A stretch of 63,860 nucleotides of DNA from a bacterium (GCA_043801935.1 JAZDLO010000235.1:1-63860), one strand, 5' to 3'; shown: positions 34,559 to 45,518, counted from the first letter of the stretch. Program-made: numbers and translations. The notes: a model not told the origin generated them from the letters alone.

Positions 34559-34815
34559 CAGCCCGTCGAGCGGGCTGCGGACACCCTGTCCGCCTCGGCT
34601 GAGCGCATGGGCGTAGACCATCGTGGTGCGCACATCCCTGTCGCCCGGAGCCCCTGGATGGTTCGGATGTCGTAGCCCGCAGCCGGCAAGTGAGGGTGGA
34701 ACGAGTGCCAAAAGGTGAAGCTACCCGCGTGCTTGACGATACCGGTACGGCCGACGGCCTCCTTCACAGCCGGAAGCTGGACGTGCTTTTCGTGGATATG
34801 ATGACGTCCCTCTTC
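34559..34815 (-). pseudogene. intI: Integron integrase (IntI) C-terminal remnant
   Basis: EEGRHHIHE..VQ..AVKEAV...GI.K...FTFWHSF..HL...GYDIRTIQ.L, 1-nt loss near 34646, then GDRDVRTTMVYAH.L.RGG.GVRSPLD; HxxR and LGH degenerate; 5' two-thirds missing. Confidence 0.85.
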
Positions 34816-34868
34816 TGCGGCCCGCCCGCGGCGGCCTCACCCTGCCGTTGCGCTAGAATACGTCCCCC

Positions 34869-36689
34869 ATGGGACGCTTCGATCACATCCGCAACTTCTC
34901 CATAATCGCCCACATCGACCACGGGAAGTCGACGCTGGCGGACCGGATCCTGCAGATCACCAATACAGTGGCCGAGCGGGAGATGCGCGAGCAGGTGCTC
35001 GATCGCATGGACCTGGAGCGCGAGCGGGGCATCACCATCAAGGCTCAGGCCGTCCGCATCTACTACCATGCTGAGGACGGCCGGGAGTATCAGTTCAATC
35101 TCATAGACACGCCGGGCCACGTGGACTTCACGTATGAGGTGTCGCGGAGCCTGGCCGCCTGCGAGGGAGCCATCCTGGTAGTCGACGCCACTCAGGGGGT
35201 GGAGGCGCAGACTCTCGCGAACACCCTTCTCGCGCTCGAGAACGACCTGGAGATACTCCCCGTGCTCAACAAGATCGACCTGCCGGGAGCTGAGCCGGAG
35301 AAGCGGGCGGAGGAGATCGCCAGCGTCATAGGGTGTCCACGCTCGGATATCCTTCAGGTCTCAGCCAAGACCGGTGAAGGGGTGGCCGCGGTGCTCGAGG
35401 CGGTGGTGCAACGGATCCCGCCGCCCCAGGGCGACCCCGACGGGCCCCCCCGAGCTCTGATCTTCGATTCGTTCTACGATCAGTATCGGGGCGCCGTGGC
35501 CTTCGTGCGGGTGCGCGACGGCAGCTTCCGCAAGGACGACCCGTTGCTGGCCATGGTCACTCGGCGGCGGAGCGAGATCGAGGAGGTGGGCATCTTCAGC
35601 CCCGACATGCTCAAGACCGCCGTGCTCCATGCGGGCGAGGTGGGCTACATAATCCCCGGCATCAAAGAGGTGGCCGACCTGCGGGTCGGCGATACCTTGA
35701 CCAGTGCCCGGCACCCGGCGATCGAGCCCTTGCCCGGCTACCGCGAGATCACGCCCATGGTGTTCTGCGGGCTTTTCCCCACCGAGGGCGAGGAGTATCC
35801 CGACCTCCGCGACGCTCTGGAGAAACTCAAGCTCAACGATGCCTCCCTGTTCTACGAGCCGGAGACCTCCAAGGCCCTGGGCTTCGGTTTTCGCTGCGGC
35901 TTTCTGGGCTTGCTCCACATGGAGATCGTCCGCGAGCGGCTGGAACGGGAGTTCGATCTGGATCTGCTCGCGACCACTCCCAACGTCCGCTACGAGGTCG
36001 AGTTGCTGAACGGAGAGGTCCTTTCCATCAGCAATCCGGTGGACTTTCCCGAATCCGGCGACATCAAGGAGGTGCGGGAGCCCTATATATCCGCCACCAT
36101 CTTGGAGCCGGCCGAGTACGTGGGCGCGGTGATGGAGCTGTGCAAAGACAAGCGAGGCACTTTCCGTCACATGGAATACCTCACATCCGACCGGGTCCGT
36201 CTCGATTACGACCTGCCCTTGGCCGAGATCGTGCTCGACTTCTTCGATCTGCTCAAGACGCGGAGCCGGGGCTACGCCAGTCTCGACTACGAGCTCAAGG
36301 ATTATGAGCCGGGCGATCTGGTCCGCCTCGATATCCGTATCGCCGGCGAGGTGGTCGATGCCCTCAGCCTCATAGTCCATGCAGACCGCGCCTATGCCAT
36401 CGGGCGGGGTCTCGCGGAACGCCTGCGAAAAAAGATCCCCCGGCAGATGTTCGAAGTTGCCATCCAGGCGGCAGTCGGCAGTCGCATCATCGCCCGGGAG
36501 AGTGTGGCCCCCCTACGGAAGGACGTGCTGGCCAAATGCTACGGGGGTGACATCACGCGCAAGCGCAAGCTGTTGGAGAAGCAGAAGGCGGGGAAGAAGC
36601 GCATGAAGATGGTGGGAACCGTGGAGATCCCACAGGAGGCTTTCCTGGCCGTTCTCGATCTGGGCGAGGGGAAGGAAGGCAAGAAATGA
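34869..36689 (+). CDS. lepA: Elongation factor 4
   Basis: [54 protein letters not shown]. Confidence 0.98.
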   Translation: MGRFDHIRNFSIIAHIDHGKSTLADRILQITNTVAEREMREQVLDRMDLERERGITIKAQAVRIYYHAEDGREYQFNLIDTPGHVDFTYEVSRSLAACEGAILVVDATQGVEAQTLANTLLALENDLEILPVLNKIDLPGAEPEKRAEEIASVIGCPRSDILQVSAKTGEGVAAVLEAVVQRIPPPQGDPDGPPRALIFDSFYDQYRGAVAFVRVRDGSFRKDDPLLAMVTRRRSEIEEVGIFSPDMLKTAVLHAGEVGYIIPGIKEVADLRVGDTLTSARHPAIEPLPGYREITPMVFCGLFPTEGEEYPDLRDALEKLKLNDASLFYEPETSKALGFGFRCGFLGLLHMEIVRERLEREFDLDLLATTPNVRYEVELLNGEVLSISNPVDFPESGDIKEVREPYISATILEPAEYVGAVMELCKDKRGTFRHMEYLTSDRVRLDYDLPLAEIVLDFFDLLKTRSRGYASLDYELKDYEPGDLVRLDIRIAGEVVDALSLIVHADRAYAIGRGLAERLRKKIPRQMFEVAIQAAVGSRIIARESVAPLRKDVLAKCYGGDITRKRKLLEKQKAGKKRMKMVGTVEIPQEAFLAVLDLGEGKEGKK

Positions 36690-36922
36690 CGGTCGAATAC
36701 CTGATACTCGGCGTGGTTCTGCTGGTCATGGGCGTCGTACAGATCTGGTTGCGGCATGGGCCGGGCTCGAAGGACCTCAGCGACGAGGGCGGCGCCGAGG
36801 AGGTGCCGTCCGCCGCCAGGATCCGTGGCGGGCGAGCCTGGGAGGCCTGGACGGCGGTGCTGGGCGTCGTCGGTATCGCCGCGGGGATCGCGCTCATCGT
36901 AATGGGAGTGCTGGGGCGGTAG
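36686..36922 (+). CDS. Small two-TM membrane protein of unknown function
   Basis: ATGA overlap with lepA stop, GGAAGG upstream, two hydrophobic helices. Confidence 0.7.
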   Translation: MTVEYLILGVVLLVMGVVQIWLRHGPGSKDLSDEGGAEEVPSAARIRGGRAWEAWTAVLGVVGIAAGIALIVMGVLGR

Positions 36923-36983
36923 CGAGCCGTTCCTTCTCCGCGCTCCTCTTCCGGGAGTCGGCGCGGCGTCCAAGGCGGTGGAC

Positions 36984-38237
36984 ATGACCATCAAGCACCT
37001 TTACGTTCACATCCCGTTCTGTCGGTCGCGCTGCGCCTATTGCGATTTCGCCTCCGAACCGATGGGCCCCCACCTGCTGGCCGGACGGGTGGAAGCCTAT
37101 CTGGAGGCGCTGCGCGCGGAGCTCGCCGTCCACAGAGCCGCTGATCGTGGGCCTCAGGCGGCGACCCACAGCGTCGCTCGCGGCGACGCGCCTGCGGCGG
37201 GACCTGTCGAGACCATCTATGTGGGCGGCGGGACGCCGACGGCGTTGCCCGGCCGGGCCCTGGTGACGCTCGTCCGTGAGCTGGCGGCCCTGCAACGGCA
37301 CGCGCAGGGCGGAGCCCAGGCCGCCGGCCCCCACGCGGCGCAGGGCACAGCATCGGGAGTGGCGGCCGGCGCGCAGCAGCCGCTCCGACCAGAATTCACC
37401 ATAGAGGCTAATCCGGGCACCATCGACGCGGCCCTGCTGGAGCAACTGGCCGCCGCGGGAGTGACGCGGCTATCCCTGGGAGTGCAGTCGTTCGCGCCGG
37501 CGCTGCGCGCGGCGCTAGGCAGGCGGGTGGCGCAGAAGGAGATCGAGGCAGCTTTGGCGGCCATCGCGGCCACGCACTGGCGGGAGTGGAACCTCGACCT
37601 GGTGTTCGGCATCCCCGGGCAGACCTGGCGCGAGGCCGCCGCCGACCTCGACGCGGCCGTCGCGGCTCGGCCCGCCCACGTGTCCTTGTACGACCTCACC
37701 TACACCCCGGCGTTCCAGGCCCGCGTGGAGGCGGCGCTCGGCGCACAAGCGCGCCTCGCGGCCGCCGCCTTCGTGGAGCGACACTACGCCGAGGCTGTCG
37801 CCCGGCTGGAGGACGCCGGCTATCGGCGCTACGAGGTGTCGAACTTCGCCTTGCCCGGCCACGAGTGCCGTCATAACCAAGCCTATTGGCGCGGGGAAGA
37901 CTACCTGGGCATCGGAGCCGCCGCCGTGTCCACGGCCGGCGGCGAGCGGCGCACCAACCCGCAGTCGGTCGAAGATTATCTTGTCGGCCGTCCTCCGGCG
38001 ATCGAGGTCCTATCGCCGGCGACTCGTCTGTGGGAGAAGGCCATGCTGGGGCTGCGGACCAGCGAGGGAGTCGACGAGATCCCGGTTCTTCCTGTTCTCG
38101 AGAGCGACGCTCGGGGCCGTCTCCTGGCCCAGGGCTGCTTGGAGAGGCGCTGTGGTAAACTGCGCTTGAATCCAGGGTTTCTGGATGTCAGCAACGCGGT
38201 CATCTCGGCTCTTCTGGTGTCCCCGGAGGAGTCGTAG
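36984..38237 (+). CDS. hemW: Radical SAM heme chaperone HemW
   Basis: LYVHIPFCxxxCxYCDF, GGGTPT, EANP, YEVSNFA, HN..YW; lepA-hemW-hrcA order. Confidence 0.9.
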   Translation: MTIKHLYVHIPFCRSRCAYCDFASEPMGPHLLAGRVEAYLEALRAELAVHRAADRGPQAATHSVARGDAPAAGPVETIYVGGGTPTALPGRALVTLVRELAALQRHAQGGAQAAGPHAAQGTASGVAAGAQQPLRPEFTIEANPGTIDAALLEQLAAAGVTRLSLGVQSFAPALRAALGRRVAQKEIEAALAAIAATHWREWNLDLVFGIPGQTWREAAADLDAAVAARPAHVSLYDLTYTPAFQARVEAALGAQARLAAAAFVERHYAEAVARLEDAGYRRYEVSNFALPGHECRHNQAYWRGEDYLGIGAAAVSTAGGERRTNPQSVEDYLVGRPPAIEVLSPATRLWEKAMLGLRTSEGVDEIPVLPVLESDARGRLLAQGCLERRCGKLRLNPGFLDVSNAVISALLVSPEES

Positions 38238-38259
38238 TTCATACACACGCCGGTGGACG

Positions 38260-39300
38260 ATGGCACTCACAGAAAGACAACGGACGATCCTTAACGCTGT
38301 CACCGAGCGCTACATAGGCACTGGGGCGCCGGTCCCATCCAAGGAGTTGGCCGGCGCGGCCGGGCTGCCCGTCTCCTCGTCGACGGTACGGAATGAGTTC
38401 GCGCTGCTGGAAGAAAAGGGCTATCTCACCCATCCCCATACCTCTGCGGGACGGGTGCCTACCGACATGGGTTACCGGGAGTTCGTCGATCAACTTATGA
38501 GCGGGACCATCTCTCGGCCCGGCATCCATTCGGGAGCCCTAGGGGCCGTGTCACCTGAGGATCTGGCCGGTGAGGTCGATACCGCCCTCCATCAGGTGAC
38601 CGACGCCATGTCGCGGGCCACCAACCTGCTCGCCCTCGCTCTGGCCCCCCGGGTGAGCGGCGCCCGCCTGTGCCACGTGGAGTTGCTCGCCCTCCATCCC
38701 AATCAGTTGATGTACGTGTTCATCGTGTCGACCGGCGGGGTCATGAAGGGCGTGATCGACTGGCCGCACTCCGTCGATCCGGGCCTGGTCGAGTGGGCGC
38801 GCACCTACCTCAACGAGACGCTCAACGACCAGACGCTCACCGCCCGGCTTATCCGGCGGGCGCTCGACAATCCTGAGCTGAGCCCCCGGGAAGGTGGATT
38901 CCTGCGGGCTTTGGCGCCGGCGTTCGAACAGCTGGTGGGCGAGCAGTACCAGGAAGAGCTCTTCGTCGGCGGAGCTTCCCGGCTGTTGATGGCGCCTCGG
39001 CTCCAGGACGTCTCGTCGCTCCACGATCTCCTATCTCTTCTTGAAGAACGCTTCCTCCTGCTCCGGGTACTCAGGGCCGCTTTGGGCACGGGAACGGTGG
39101 TGGTGCGGATCGGCAGCGAGCACGAAGCCACTGCTCTCCAGCCCTTCTCGGTGGTGGCAGCCAGCTATGGGTTACCACAGCGGCGCCTGGGCACGGTCAG
39201 TTTGGTGGGACCCACCCGCATGGACTACGAAACCGCCATCGCGACGGTGCGCGAGACGGCACAACTGCTATCTGACTTGGTCGGGGAACGCTACGAATGA
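38260..39300 (+). CDS. hrcA: Heat-inducible transcription repressor HrcA
   Basis: [15 protein letters not shown]...[29 protein letters not shown]. Confidence 0.96.
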   Translation: MALTERQRTILNAVTERYIGTGAPVPSKELAGAAGLPVSSSTVRNEFALLEEKGYLTHPHTSAGRVPTDMGYREFVDQLMSGTISRPGIHSGALGAVSPEDLAGEVDTALHQVTDAMSRATNLLALALAPRVSGARLCHVELLALHPNQLMYVFIVSTGGVMKGVIDWPHSVDPGLVEWARTYLNETLNDQTLTARLIRRALDNPELSPREGGFLRALAPAFEQLVGEQYQEELFVGGASRLLMAPRLQDVSSLHDLLSLLEERFLLLRVLRAALGTGTVVVRIGSEHEATALQPFSVVAASYGLPQRRLGTVSLVGPTRMDYETAIATVRETAQLLSDLVGERYE

Positions 39301-40451
39301 AACGTGACTACTACGAGGTTCTCGGGGTCCCGCGTGACGCCGACATCCAGCAGATCAAGAAGGCCTATCGCAAGCTGGCCCGGGAGCACCACCCGGACGT
39401 CAACATCGACGACCCATCGTGCGAGGAGAAGTTCAAGGAGGCCACCGAAGCTTACGAGGTGCTGTGCGACGCTCAGAAACGCGACGTGTACAACGCCTAC
39501 GGACATGAGGGCCTGCGCCGCGGCGCCGGTGGCGCCGGCGGCTTCGGCTTCGATGGGTTCTCCGGCTTCTCCGACCTCTTCGAAAACCTGTTCGGCTCTT
39601 TTGGGGGCGGTGCCTTCGGGGGCGGGAGCCCGTTCGGGGGGAGCGGACCGGTGGGACCGGCCCGGGGAGACGATCTCGCCATCGAGGTCGAGTTGACCCT
39701 GGAAGAGGCCGCTTTTGGGGTGGAAAAGGAGATCAGCTTCAAGGCCCAGGGTGTCTGTCCATCGTGTGAGGGCGCCGGTACGACCGACCCTTCTTCGATG
39801 AAGACCTGCTCCGAGTGCGGAGGCCAGGGGCGGGTGCGCACCGTCCGCCGGACCATGTTGGGCCAGTTCGTCCAGACCGGGGCTTGTCCGCGCTGCGCGG
39901 GGGCCGGGCAGGTCATCGAATCGCCCTGCGAAGAGTGCCGGGGTGCAGGTCGCATCGTTGCCGACCGCACGGTGACCGTACAGATCCCCGCCGGCATCGA
40001 TGCCGGCCAGCGCATCCGGGTCTCCGGCCATGGCGGCGCGGGGGAGCGACGGGCGCGGGCCGGTGACCTCTACGTACGGATACGCGTGGCGGCGAACGAC
40101 CTGTTCGAGCGGCGTGAAGATGACATCTTGTACGGGGCGGACCTCACCATGGTGCAGGCCGCGCTCGGCGTCACCTTGACCATCCCCACTCTGGACGGTG
40201 AGGAAGAGGTGGAGTTCGCGCCCGGTACGCAGCCGGGCGAAGTCAAGGTGCTGCGAGGCAAAGGGGTGCCTCGCCTCCACGGGCATGGTCGCGGCGACCA
40301 AGAGATCCACGTCCGTGTGCTGATCGCCCGCGATCTGGACGAGCAGCACAGGCGGCTCCTCCAGGATTTCGATGATACCTGTGGCCCCGAACAGTACAGC
40401 GCTCGTCCCGAAGGCGTTCTCCACAAGCTCCGTAACCTGTTCACGGGCTGA
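39297..40451 (+). CDS. dnaJ: Chaperone DnaJ
   Basis: J domain HPD, G/F region, four CxxCxGxG repeats. Confidence 0.97.
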   Translation: MKRDYYEVLGVPRDADIQQIKKAYRKLAREHHPDVNIDDPSCEEKFKEATEAYEVLCDAQKRDVYNAYGHEGLRRGAGGAGGFGFDGFSGFSDLFENLFGSFGGGAFGGGSPFGGSGPVGPARGDDLAIEVELTLEEAAFGVEKEISFKAQGVCPSCEGAGTTDPSSMKTCSECGGQGRVRTVRRTMLGQFVQTGACPRCAGAGQVIESPCEECRGAGRIVADRTVTVQIPAGIDAGQRIRVSGHGGAGERRARAGDLYVRIRVAANDLFERREDDILYGADLTMVQAALGVTLTIPTLDGEEEVEFAPGTQPGEVKVLRGKGVPRLHGHGRGDQEIHVRVLIARDLDEQHRRLLQDFDDTCGPEQYSARPEGVLHKLRNLFTG

Positions 40452-41518
40452 TGGCGGAGGCTTCGGCCTTGAGTGGCGTCGACCAGGCGATGCGCGTGGT
40501 CCTTCCACGGACGGACGCAGAGGTCGCCGGAGCCATCCTGATGGATCTCCTGGGGCCGTTCGAGCAGCAGTGGGTGGCCGGCACCAACGGTGCGGCCGGT
40601 ATCCCGGCTGCCGGCGGGCCAACGGCCGACAGAGCAGGCGAGATGGTCGCCCTGGTGTTCTACCGGGCCCCTGATGTCCGGTCGGTCGCCGGCCAGGCAT
40701 GGGCTCTCGACGAGATCCTGGCTGCGCTGCCGGCGGCTATGCGCGATTCGGGACGCGTGTGGCTGGAGACGTACGACGTGTCTCGAGACTGGGTGGAGGG
40801 CTGGAAAGACCATTTCCGGCCCATCGTGATCGGCGACGTGCGCCTCCGGCCGCCGTGGGAACCGCCTCTCGGCCCCACGGGGACCGGGAGCTTGGCACGG
40901 CACGAGGGCGTCGCGGCGGCCGAGCCGGGCGCGCGTGAGCCGTTGGTGCCGGTCGACGTGGTCATCAACCCCGGTCTCGGCTTCGGCACCGGCCTGCATC
41001 CCACCACCCGCGGCACCTTGCAGCTGCTGCAGGAGGGCGCCGGACGACCCCGGGGCCCACTGGTGGACGCCGGCACCGGGTCGGGAGTGCTCGCCATCGC
41101 TGCCGCCAAACTGGGCTGGAAGCCCGTCATCGCGTTCGACAATGATCCCGCCGCTCTGCGGTCGGCCCGGGAGAACATCGAGCGCAACGGGGTCGAGGAG
41201 ATGGTACGGGTGCGTGAGGCCGATGTGGCCGGCGCCTCCCCCGACTGGTTCTCAGGGGCGACTGTGGCGGCCAACATGACCCTGGAGTCGGTCACGGCTC
41301 TCGTTCGGAAGTTGGCCACTGGGTCCGCGGCCTTCCCCGGATGCGCCTCGGTCACTGCCAGGGTCGGACGGCTGGTGGTCTCGGGCATCCTCGCGGGCGA
41401 GCAGGAAAGAGAGCTCGTGCGCGTCGCCCGGCGGTGCAGCTTTGCACCGGGACTACGCATAGCCGAGGCCGAGTGGGTGAGCCTGGAACTGCTCCCGACC
41501 TCCTCGCCTCAGGGATAG
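40451..41518 (+). CDS. prmA: Ribosomal protein L11 methyltransferase
   Basis: DW...WK..F.P, PGLGFGTG.HPTT, DAGTGSGVLA, SGIL; follows dnaJ. Confidence 0.88.
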   Translation: MAEASALSGVDQAMRVVLPRTDAEVAGAILMDLLGPFEQQWVAGTNGAAGIPAAGGPTADRAGEMVALVFYRAPDVRSVAGQAWALDEILAALPAAMRDSGRVWLETYDVSRDWVEGWKDHFRPIVIGDVRLRPPWEPPLGPTGTGSLARHEGVAAAEPGAREPLVPVDVVINPGLGFGTGLHPTTRGTLQLLQEGAGRPRGPLVDAGTGSGVLAIAAAKLGWKPVIAFDNDPAALRSARENIERNGVEEMVRVREADVAGASPDWFSGATVAANMTLESVTALVRKLATGSAAFPGCASVTARVGRLVVSGILAGEQERELVRVARRCSFAPGLRIAEAEWVSLELLPTSSPQG

Positions 41519-41523
41519 GATAG

Positions 41524-43341
41524 ATGGCCCGGCACCGCAAGGGGCGCAGCCACTCGGAGCGGCGCCGGGCGACACTGGTGAGGGCCGGTCTCATCCCGGC
41601 TGGCGATCCCACCGGGCGGTCTTCCAGCGTCGCCGGAGTGATCGTGCGCAAGGGCAAGAGTCTTGAGGTGGAGCCCTTGTTCCAGCCCGGCCCGGCGCTG
41701 CCGGTGGAGCGTGGTCCGATCCGGCCCCAGCCCGGTGATCTGGTGCTGTTCACCTTCTCCTACGGCTTCAAGGCGCGCATAGTCCGACCTTTGGGCAAGA
41801 GCAACGTGCTGCCCGACGTCATGGAGGCTCTACTCGTTGACCATCTGGTCCAGCGGGGGTTCAGTCCCGAGGTGCTGGCCGAGGCGGCGCGAGCGGCCGC
41901 ACTTCAAGCGCGACCTGACTCCGATCGGACCGATCTGCGTGCCCTGTACACCTTCACGGTGGATCCGACAATGGCCCAAGATTTTGACGACGCTCTGTCC
42001 TTCGAGCGGACCGCGGAGGGGACCACCGTGTACGTGCACATCGCCGACGTCTCGTACTTCGTGGGCGAGGGGAAGGCTCTCGATCGGGAGGCCTTGCGGC
42101 GCGGGAACTCGGTGTATGTGGCGAGCGGGGTGGAGCCCATGCTGCCACCGATGCTCTCATCGGGGGTCTGCTCTCTCCGACCGGACGAAGACCGCAAGGC
42201 GGTCACCGTGGAGATGGAGGTGGACGACCGCGGACGCGTGCTCCAGACCCGTTTCTACCGGTCACTGATCCGGAGCGCGAAACGGCTCGACTACGAACAG
42301 CTGGAGCGCGTGTTCCGGGGAAAGGAGGCGGTGGATGCAGAGCTTGCCGAGCCTCTCGAGTGGGGCAGGGTGCTGGCTCAGCGGCTCAGGAAGATAAGGC
42401 ACGAACGGGGCAGCCTGCGGATCGACACCCCCGAGCCCGAGTTCGAGTGGGACGAGGCCGGTCAGGTGATCGGGGCCGATCCCAGTGAGGAATTGGAGAG
42501 CCACTGGTTCATCGAGAGCTACATGGTCCTGGCCAACGAGCAGGTGGCTTCGTTCCTGGAGCGCGAGCACGTGCCCACGGTATTCCGGGTGCACGACCTG
42601 CCCGACCCGTTCCATGTCGACCACCTGCTCGACATCCTTTCCAGCCTCGGTCTACCCACGCCCGTTTTCGACCCGATGATGGCGACTCCCCCGGATATCC
42701 GCCGTGTCACTCGCGAGACCGCCGAGTGGGTCGATCGCTATACACCGGCTGGTCGGGGCAAGGCCGCCCTGGTGCAACAGGTGCTGAGGGCCCAGGCCCG
42801 GGCGGTCTACCAGACGGCCAACATCGGCCATTTCGGGCTGGCGTCTCCGACCTACTGCCACTTCACGTCGCCCATCCGGCGCTATCCCGACCTGCTGGTG
42901 CACCGGGGTCTGCTTGGGCGACTGGGTCTGGGCCCGGCGCCCATCACGTCGATGCTGCCGGACTGGGCAGAGCATTGCTCGCGCACCGAGCGCGAGGCCG
43001 CCAAAGTGGAACACAAGGCAGATGACATCGTGCTGGCCCATCTGCTCAAGCGACGTCTGGACGAGAAGGGCTGGCGTGAGAGCGTCTTCGAGGGCCAGGT
43101 GCTCAGTCTGACCCGGCGGGGGATGTTCATCCTCTTCGAGCGCCTGTTCCAGGGTTATCTGTCGGTGAGCGAGCTCCCCCGGGACCAGTATCGCCTCAAC
43201 GAGTTGGAGACCGCTTTGGAAGCACGAAGGTCTGGCACAACATACAGGGTTGCTGATATTGTAAAAATAAGGGTACAGCTGGTGGATGAGACACGGGGTA
43301 GGATCGACCTGACTTTGGCGGAGGAAGAACTTGAATCCTGA
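41524..43341 (+). CDS. rnr: RNase R / RNB-family exoribonuclease
   Basis: DP..AQDFDDA, VHIADV, HFGL...YCHFTSPIRRYPDL, S1 domain; near smpB-ssrA. Confidence 0.9.
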   Translation: MARHRKGRSHSERRRATLVRAGLIPAGDPTGRSSSVAGVIVRKGKSLEVEPLFQPGPALPVERGPIRPQPGDLVLFTFSYGFKARIVRPLGKSNVLPDVMEALLVDHLVQRGFSPEVLAEAARAAALQARPDSDRTDLRALYTFTVDPTMAQDFDDALSFERTAEGTTVYVHIADVSYFVGEGKALDREALRRGNSVYVASGVEPMLPPMLSSGVCSLRPDEDRKAVTVEMEVDDRGRVLQTRFYRSLIRSAKRLDYEQLERVFRGKEAVDAELAEPLEWGRVLAQRLRKIRHERGSLRIDTPEPEFEWDEAGQVIGADPSEELESHWFIESYMVLANEQVASFLEREHVPTVFRVHDLPDPFHVDHLLDILSSLGLPTPVFDPMMATPPDIRRVTRETAEWVDRYTPAGRGKAALVQQVLRAQARAVYQTANIGHFGLASPTYCHFTSPIRRYPDLLVHRGLLGRLGLGPAPITSMLPDWAEHCSRTEREAAKVEHKADDIVLAHLLKRRLDEKGWRESVFEGQVLSLTRRGMFILFERLFQGYLSVSELPRDQYRLNELETALEARRSGTTYRVADIVKIRVQLVDETRGRIDLTLAEEELES

Positions 43342-44413
43342 GGAGCCCGATCGAGAAGACGTCGCTGAACCGTCCGAGACGTCCGAGACGGTAGAGACGC
43401 CCCCGGCCACGCCACCGGAGGGCGACGGTGTTCCTTCGGGCGGCCGAAAGCCCCGGAAGAAGCGCCGCCGCAGGACCGTTCTCATCATCGTCGGCGCGGT
43501 ATTCGTGGTAGTGTTCGTCGCCTCATTCATTACCGCCGAGGCAATGAGCACCAACTCTTCCTGTAACAGTTGTCACGAGATGAACCCTTACTATGACAGC
43601 TGGAGCGCCTCGGTCCACAACGGCGCCGACTGTGTCGATTGTCACATCCCGCCCGGGTTCCCCAATTTCGTGAAGGCGAAGATCTTGTCTTTCGAGGAGC
43701 TTTGGGTTCATCTCACGGGCCAGCACTTGCCGCCGTTCGCGGTCACGCGCGAGCTGCCCCGGAGTAACTGTCTTGAGTGCCACACAGACGGAGGGGGGCA
43801 GACGGTGGGCACCACCACCTTCCCACACTCCGCCCATGCAGCGGTGCTGTGTGTCGACTGCCACGTACGCGAGGTCCATCGCACGGTTCACCCGCCGTAC
43901 TTCGTCAAACCCATGCTCATGGCCCGATGCCTCGAGTGTCACGACAGCCGGATCGGGTCGCCGCCCAGCGAGTGCAGTACGTGTCACGAGCCGCCGCACG
44001 AAGCGCGCGGAGAGTGCGGCGGCTGCCACGGAAACAACAGCTTCTCGCAGATGACACCGGCGGATCATCCTCTGCCGCTGTCCGGCGGCCATATCGGTGT
44101 GCCCTGCGCGGACTGCCACGTGGCCAGGGCCGGCGTCGAGCTCATCCCGGGCACCTCTTTGGCAAAGCCGCCGGGGATCACCTGCGTCTCCTGCCACGAG
44201 GAGCAGCACCAGGGGCTGACCGACTGCGCTCAGTGTCACACCCTGGAGGGCTTCTCAGCTGCGAAAGCAAGCTTCCAGCATCCGCAGATAGGGCAGCACG
44301 TGCCGACGGGAACACGCATCCTCACCTGCCAGAGCTGCCACCCGTCCTCTGACTACGGGCAGTCGGACTGCACGAACTGTCACGAGGATGGGCCGCCAAG
44401 CGCGGGAGAATAG
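43331..44413 (+). CDS. Membrane-anchored multiheme c-type cytochrome, 12 CxxCH, NapC/NrfH-type N-terminus
   Basis: Basic patch plus TM helix, CNSCHEM first heme, 12 CxxCH counted; TTG start with GGAGG RBS overlapping rnr end. Confidence 0.9.
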   Translation: MNPEEPDREDVAEPSETSETVETPPATPPEGDGVPSGGRKPRKKRRRRTVLIIVGAVFVVVFVASFITAEAMSTNSSCNSCHEMNPYYDSWSASVHNGADCVDCHIPPGFPNFVKAKILSFEELWVHLTGQHLPPFAVTRELPRSNCLECHTDGGGQTVGTTTFPHSAHAAVLCVDCHVREVHRTVHPPYFVKPMLMARCLECHDSRIGSPPSECSTCHEPPHEARGECGGCHGNNSFSQMTPADHPLPLSGGHIGVPCADCHVARAGVELIPGTSLAKPPGITCVSCHEEQHQGLTDCAQCHTLEGFSAAKASFQHPQIGQHVPTGTRILTCQSCHPSSDYGQSDCTNCHEDGPPSAGE

Positions 44414-44512
44414 CGGCCTCCCATAGGCGCCTCGCTTCCCGGGCTGAGACTCACCGGCCGGGGTGCCGCGCGGGCGGGTCCAGAGGAGCATGCTTGCTAT
44501 ACTCCCGCAACC

Positions 44513-44980
44513 ATGAGACCCACCGGCATCAAGCTCATCGCGCAGAATAAGAAGGCCTACCACGACTACCACGTCGAGGAGACGTTGGAGGCCGGCATCG
44601 CCCTCACCGGCACCGAGGTCAAGTCCCTGCGGGCCGGCCGGGTGAACCTGCGCGACAGCTACGCTGCTATCGAGAAGGGCGAGCTCTTTCTCATCGGCTC
44701 TCACATCAGCCCCTACGAGCAAGGCAACATCTTCAATCACGATCCCCTGCGCCCGCGCAAGCTACTGGTGCACGCCCGGGAGCTGCGCCGCCTGTACGGC
44801 AAGGTGCAGGTAGCCGGGTACACTTTGGTGCCCACCAAGCTGTACTTCAAGGATGGCCGGGTGAAGGTGGAGATCGGTCTGGCCAAGGGCAAGACCACCT
44901 ACGACAAGCGCCAGACTTTGGCCAAGAAAGAGGCTCAACGCGATATGGAGAGGGCCTTCCGCTCCCGCGACAGGGAGTAG
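44513..44980 (+). CDS. smpB: SsrA-binding protein
   Basis: [31 protein letters not shown]. Confidence 0.98.
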   Translation: MRPTGIKLIAQNKKAYHDYHVEETLEAGIALTGTEVKSLRAGRVNLRDSYAAIEKGELFLIGSHISPYEQGNIFNHDPLRPRKLLVHARELRRLYGKVQVAGYTLVPTKLYFKDGRVKVEIGLAKGKTTYDKRQTLAKKEAQRDMERAFRSRDRE

Positions 44981-45021
44981 TCACTCCCTGCCGCAGCCCG
45001 GCCGGGCGAGGACCCATGCTG

Positions 45022-45027
45022 TATACT
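45022..45027 (+). promoter_or_regulatory. Possible -10 element for ssrA
   Basis: TATACT about 50 nt upstream of the mature tmRNA 5' end. Confidence 0.4.
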
Positions 45028-45076
45028 TGCATAGCTCAGTCAGCGCGGTTTCAGGAGCCGCATGTCTGGGTCTCGT

Positions 45077-45439
45077 GGGGGCGTCATGGTTTCGACGGGG
45101 CTCATGTCTGAGCTTAGGTAGCGAGCCGAGATCCCAGCCGTTCTCGTTAAACAGGCTGGAAAACACAATTGCCAAACCTGAATTGGCTCTGGCCGCTTAG
45201 TCTGACTAAGACTTAAGCGCCTGTCGCGCCTCCCGTGCCTGCCGGGGAGGGTCGTGGCATAAACCAGGCGGGCTCACTCTCGGCGAGTGCCGCCGGCGTC
45301 GAGGGAACATGAAGGTGGCTGGTCAAGCGCACCCTGCTCCTACGGGGGCGTGCGGCGAGAAACATAGTAGGGGCTACGCTCGTAGACACCTGGGCCAGAC
45401 GGGTTTCGGACGGGGGTTCGATTCCCCCCGCCTCCACCA
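45077..45439 (+). ncRNA. ssrA: tmRNA, tag (A)AKPELALAA
   Basis: Acceptor stem GGGGGCG/CGCCTCC-ACCA with G3.U, GGTTTCGAC, T-arm GGGGGTTCGATTCCCCC; tag ORF 45171-45200; follows smpB. Confidence 0.97.
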
Positions 45440-45502
45440 ACCTCTCGGGACTACCCGATCTTAGGGTGATGAACCCCTTCCTCCCGCACGCCTTGCCACC
45501 AT

Positions 45503-45518
45503 TGTGCACATGAGCACA
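45503..45518. promoter_or_regulatory. CRP/FNR-family-like palindrome
   Basis: TGTGC-N6-GCACA centred about 85 nt upstream of the predicted TSS. Confidence 0.4.

Noticed and set aside
38260-38286. CIRCE element at the hrcA start (TGGCACTC)
   Set aside because: Only a left half-site; no GAGTGCTAA at 9-nt spacing.
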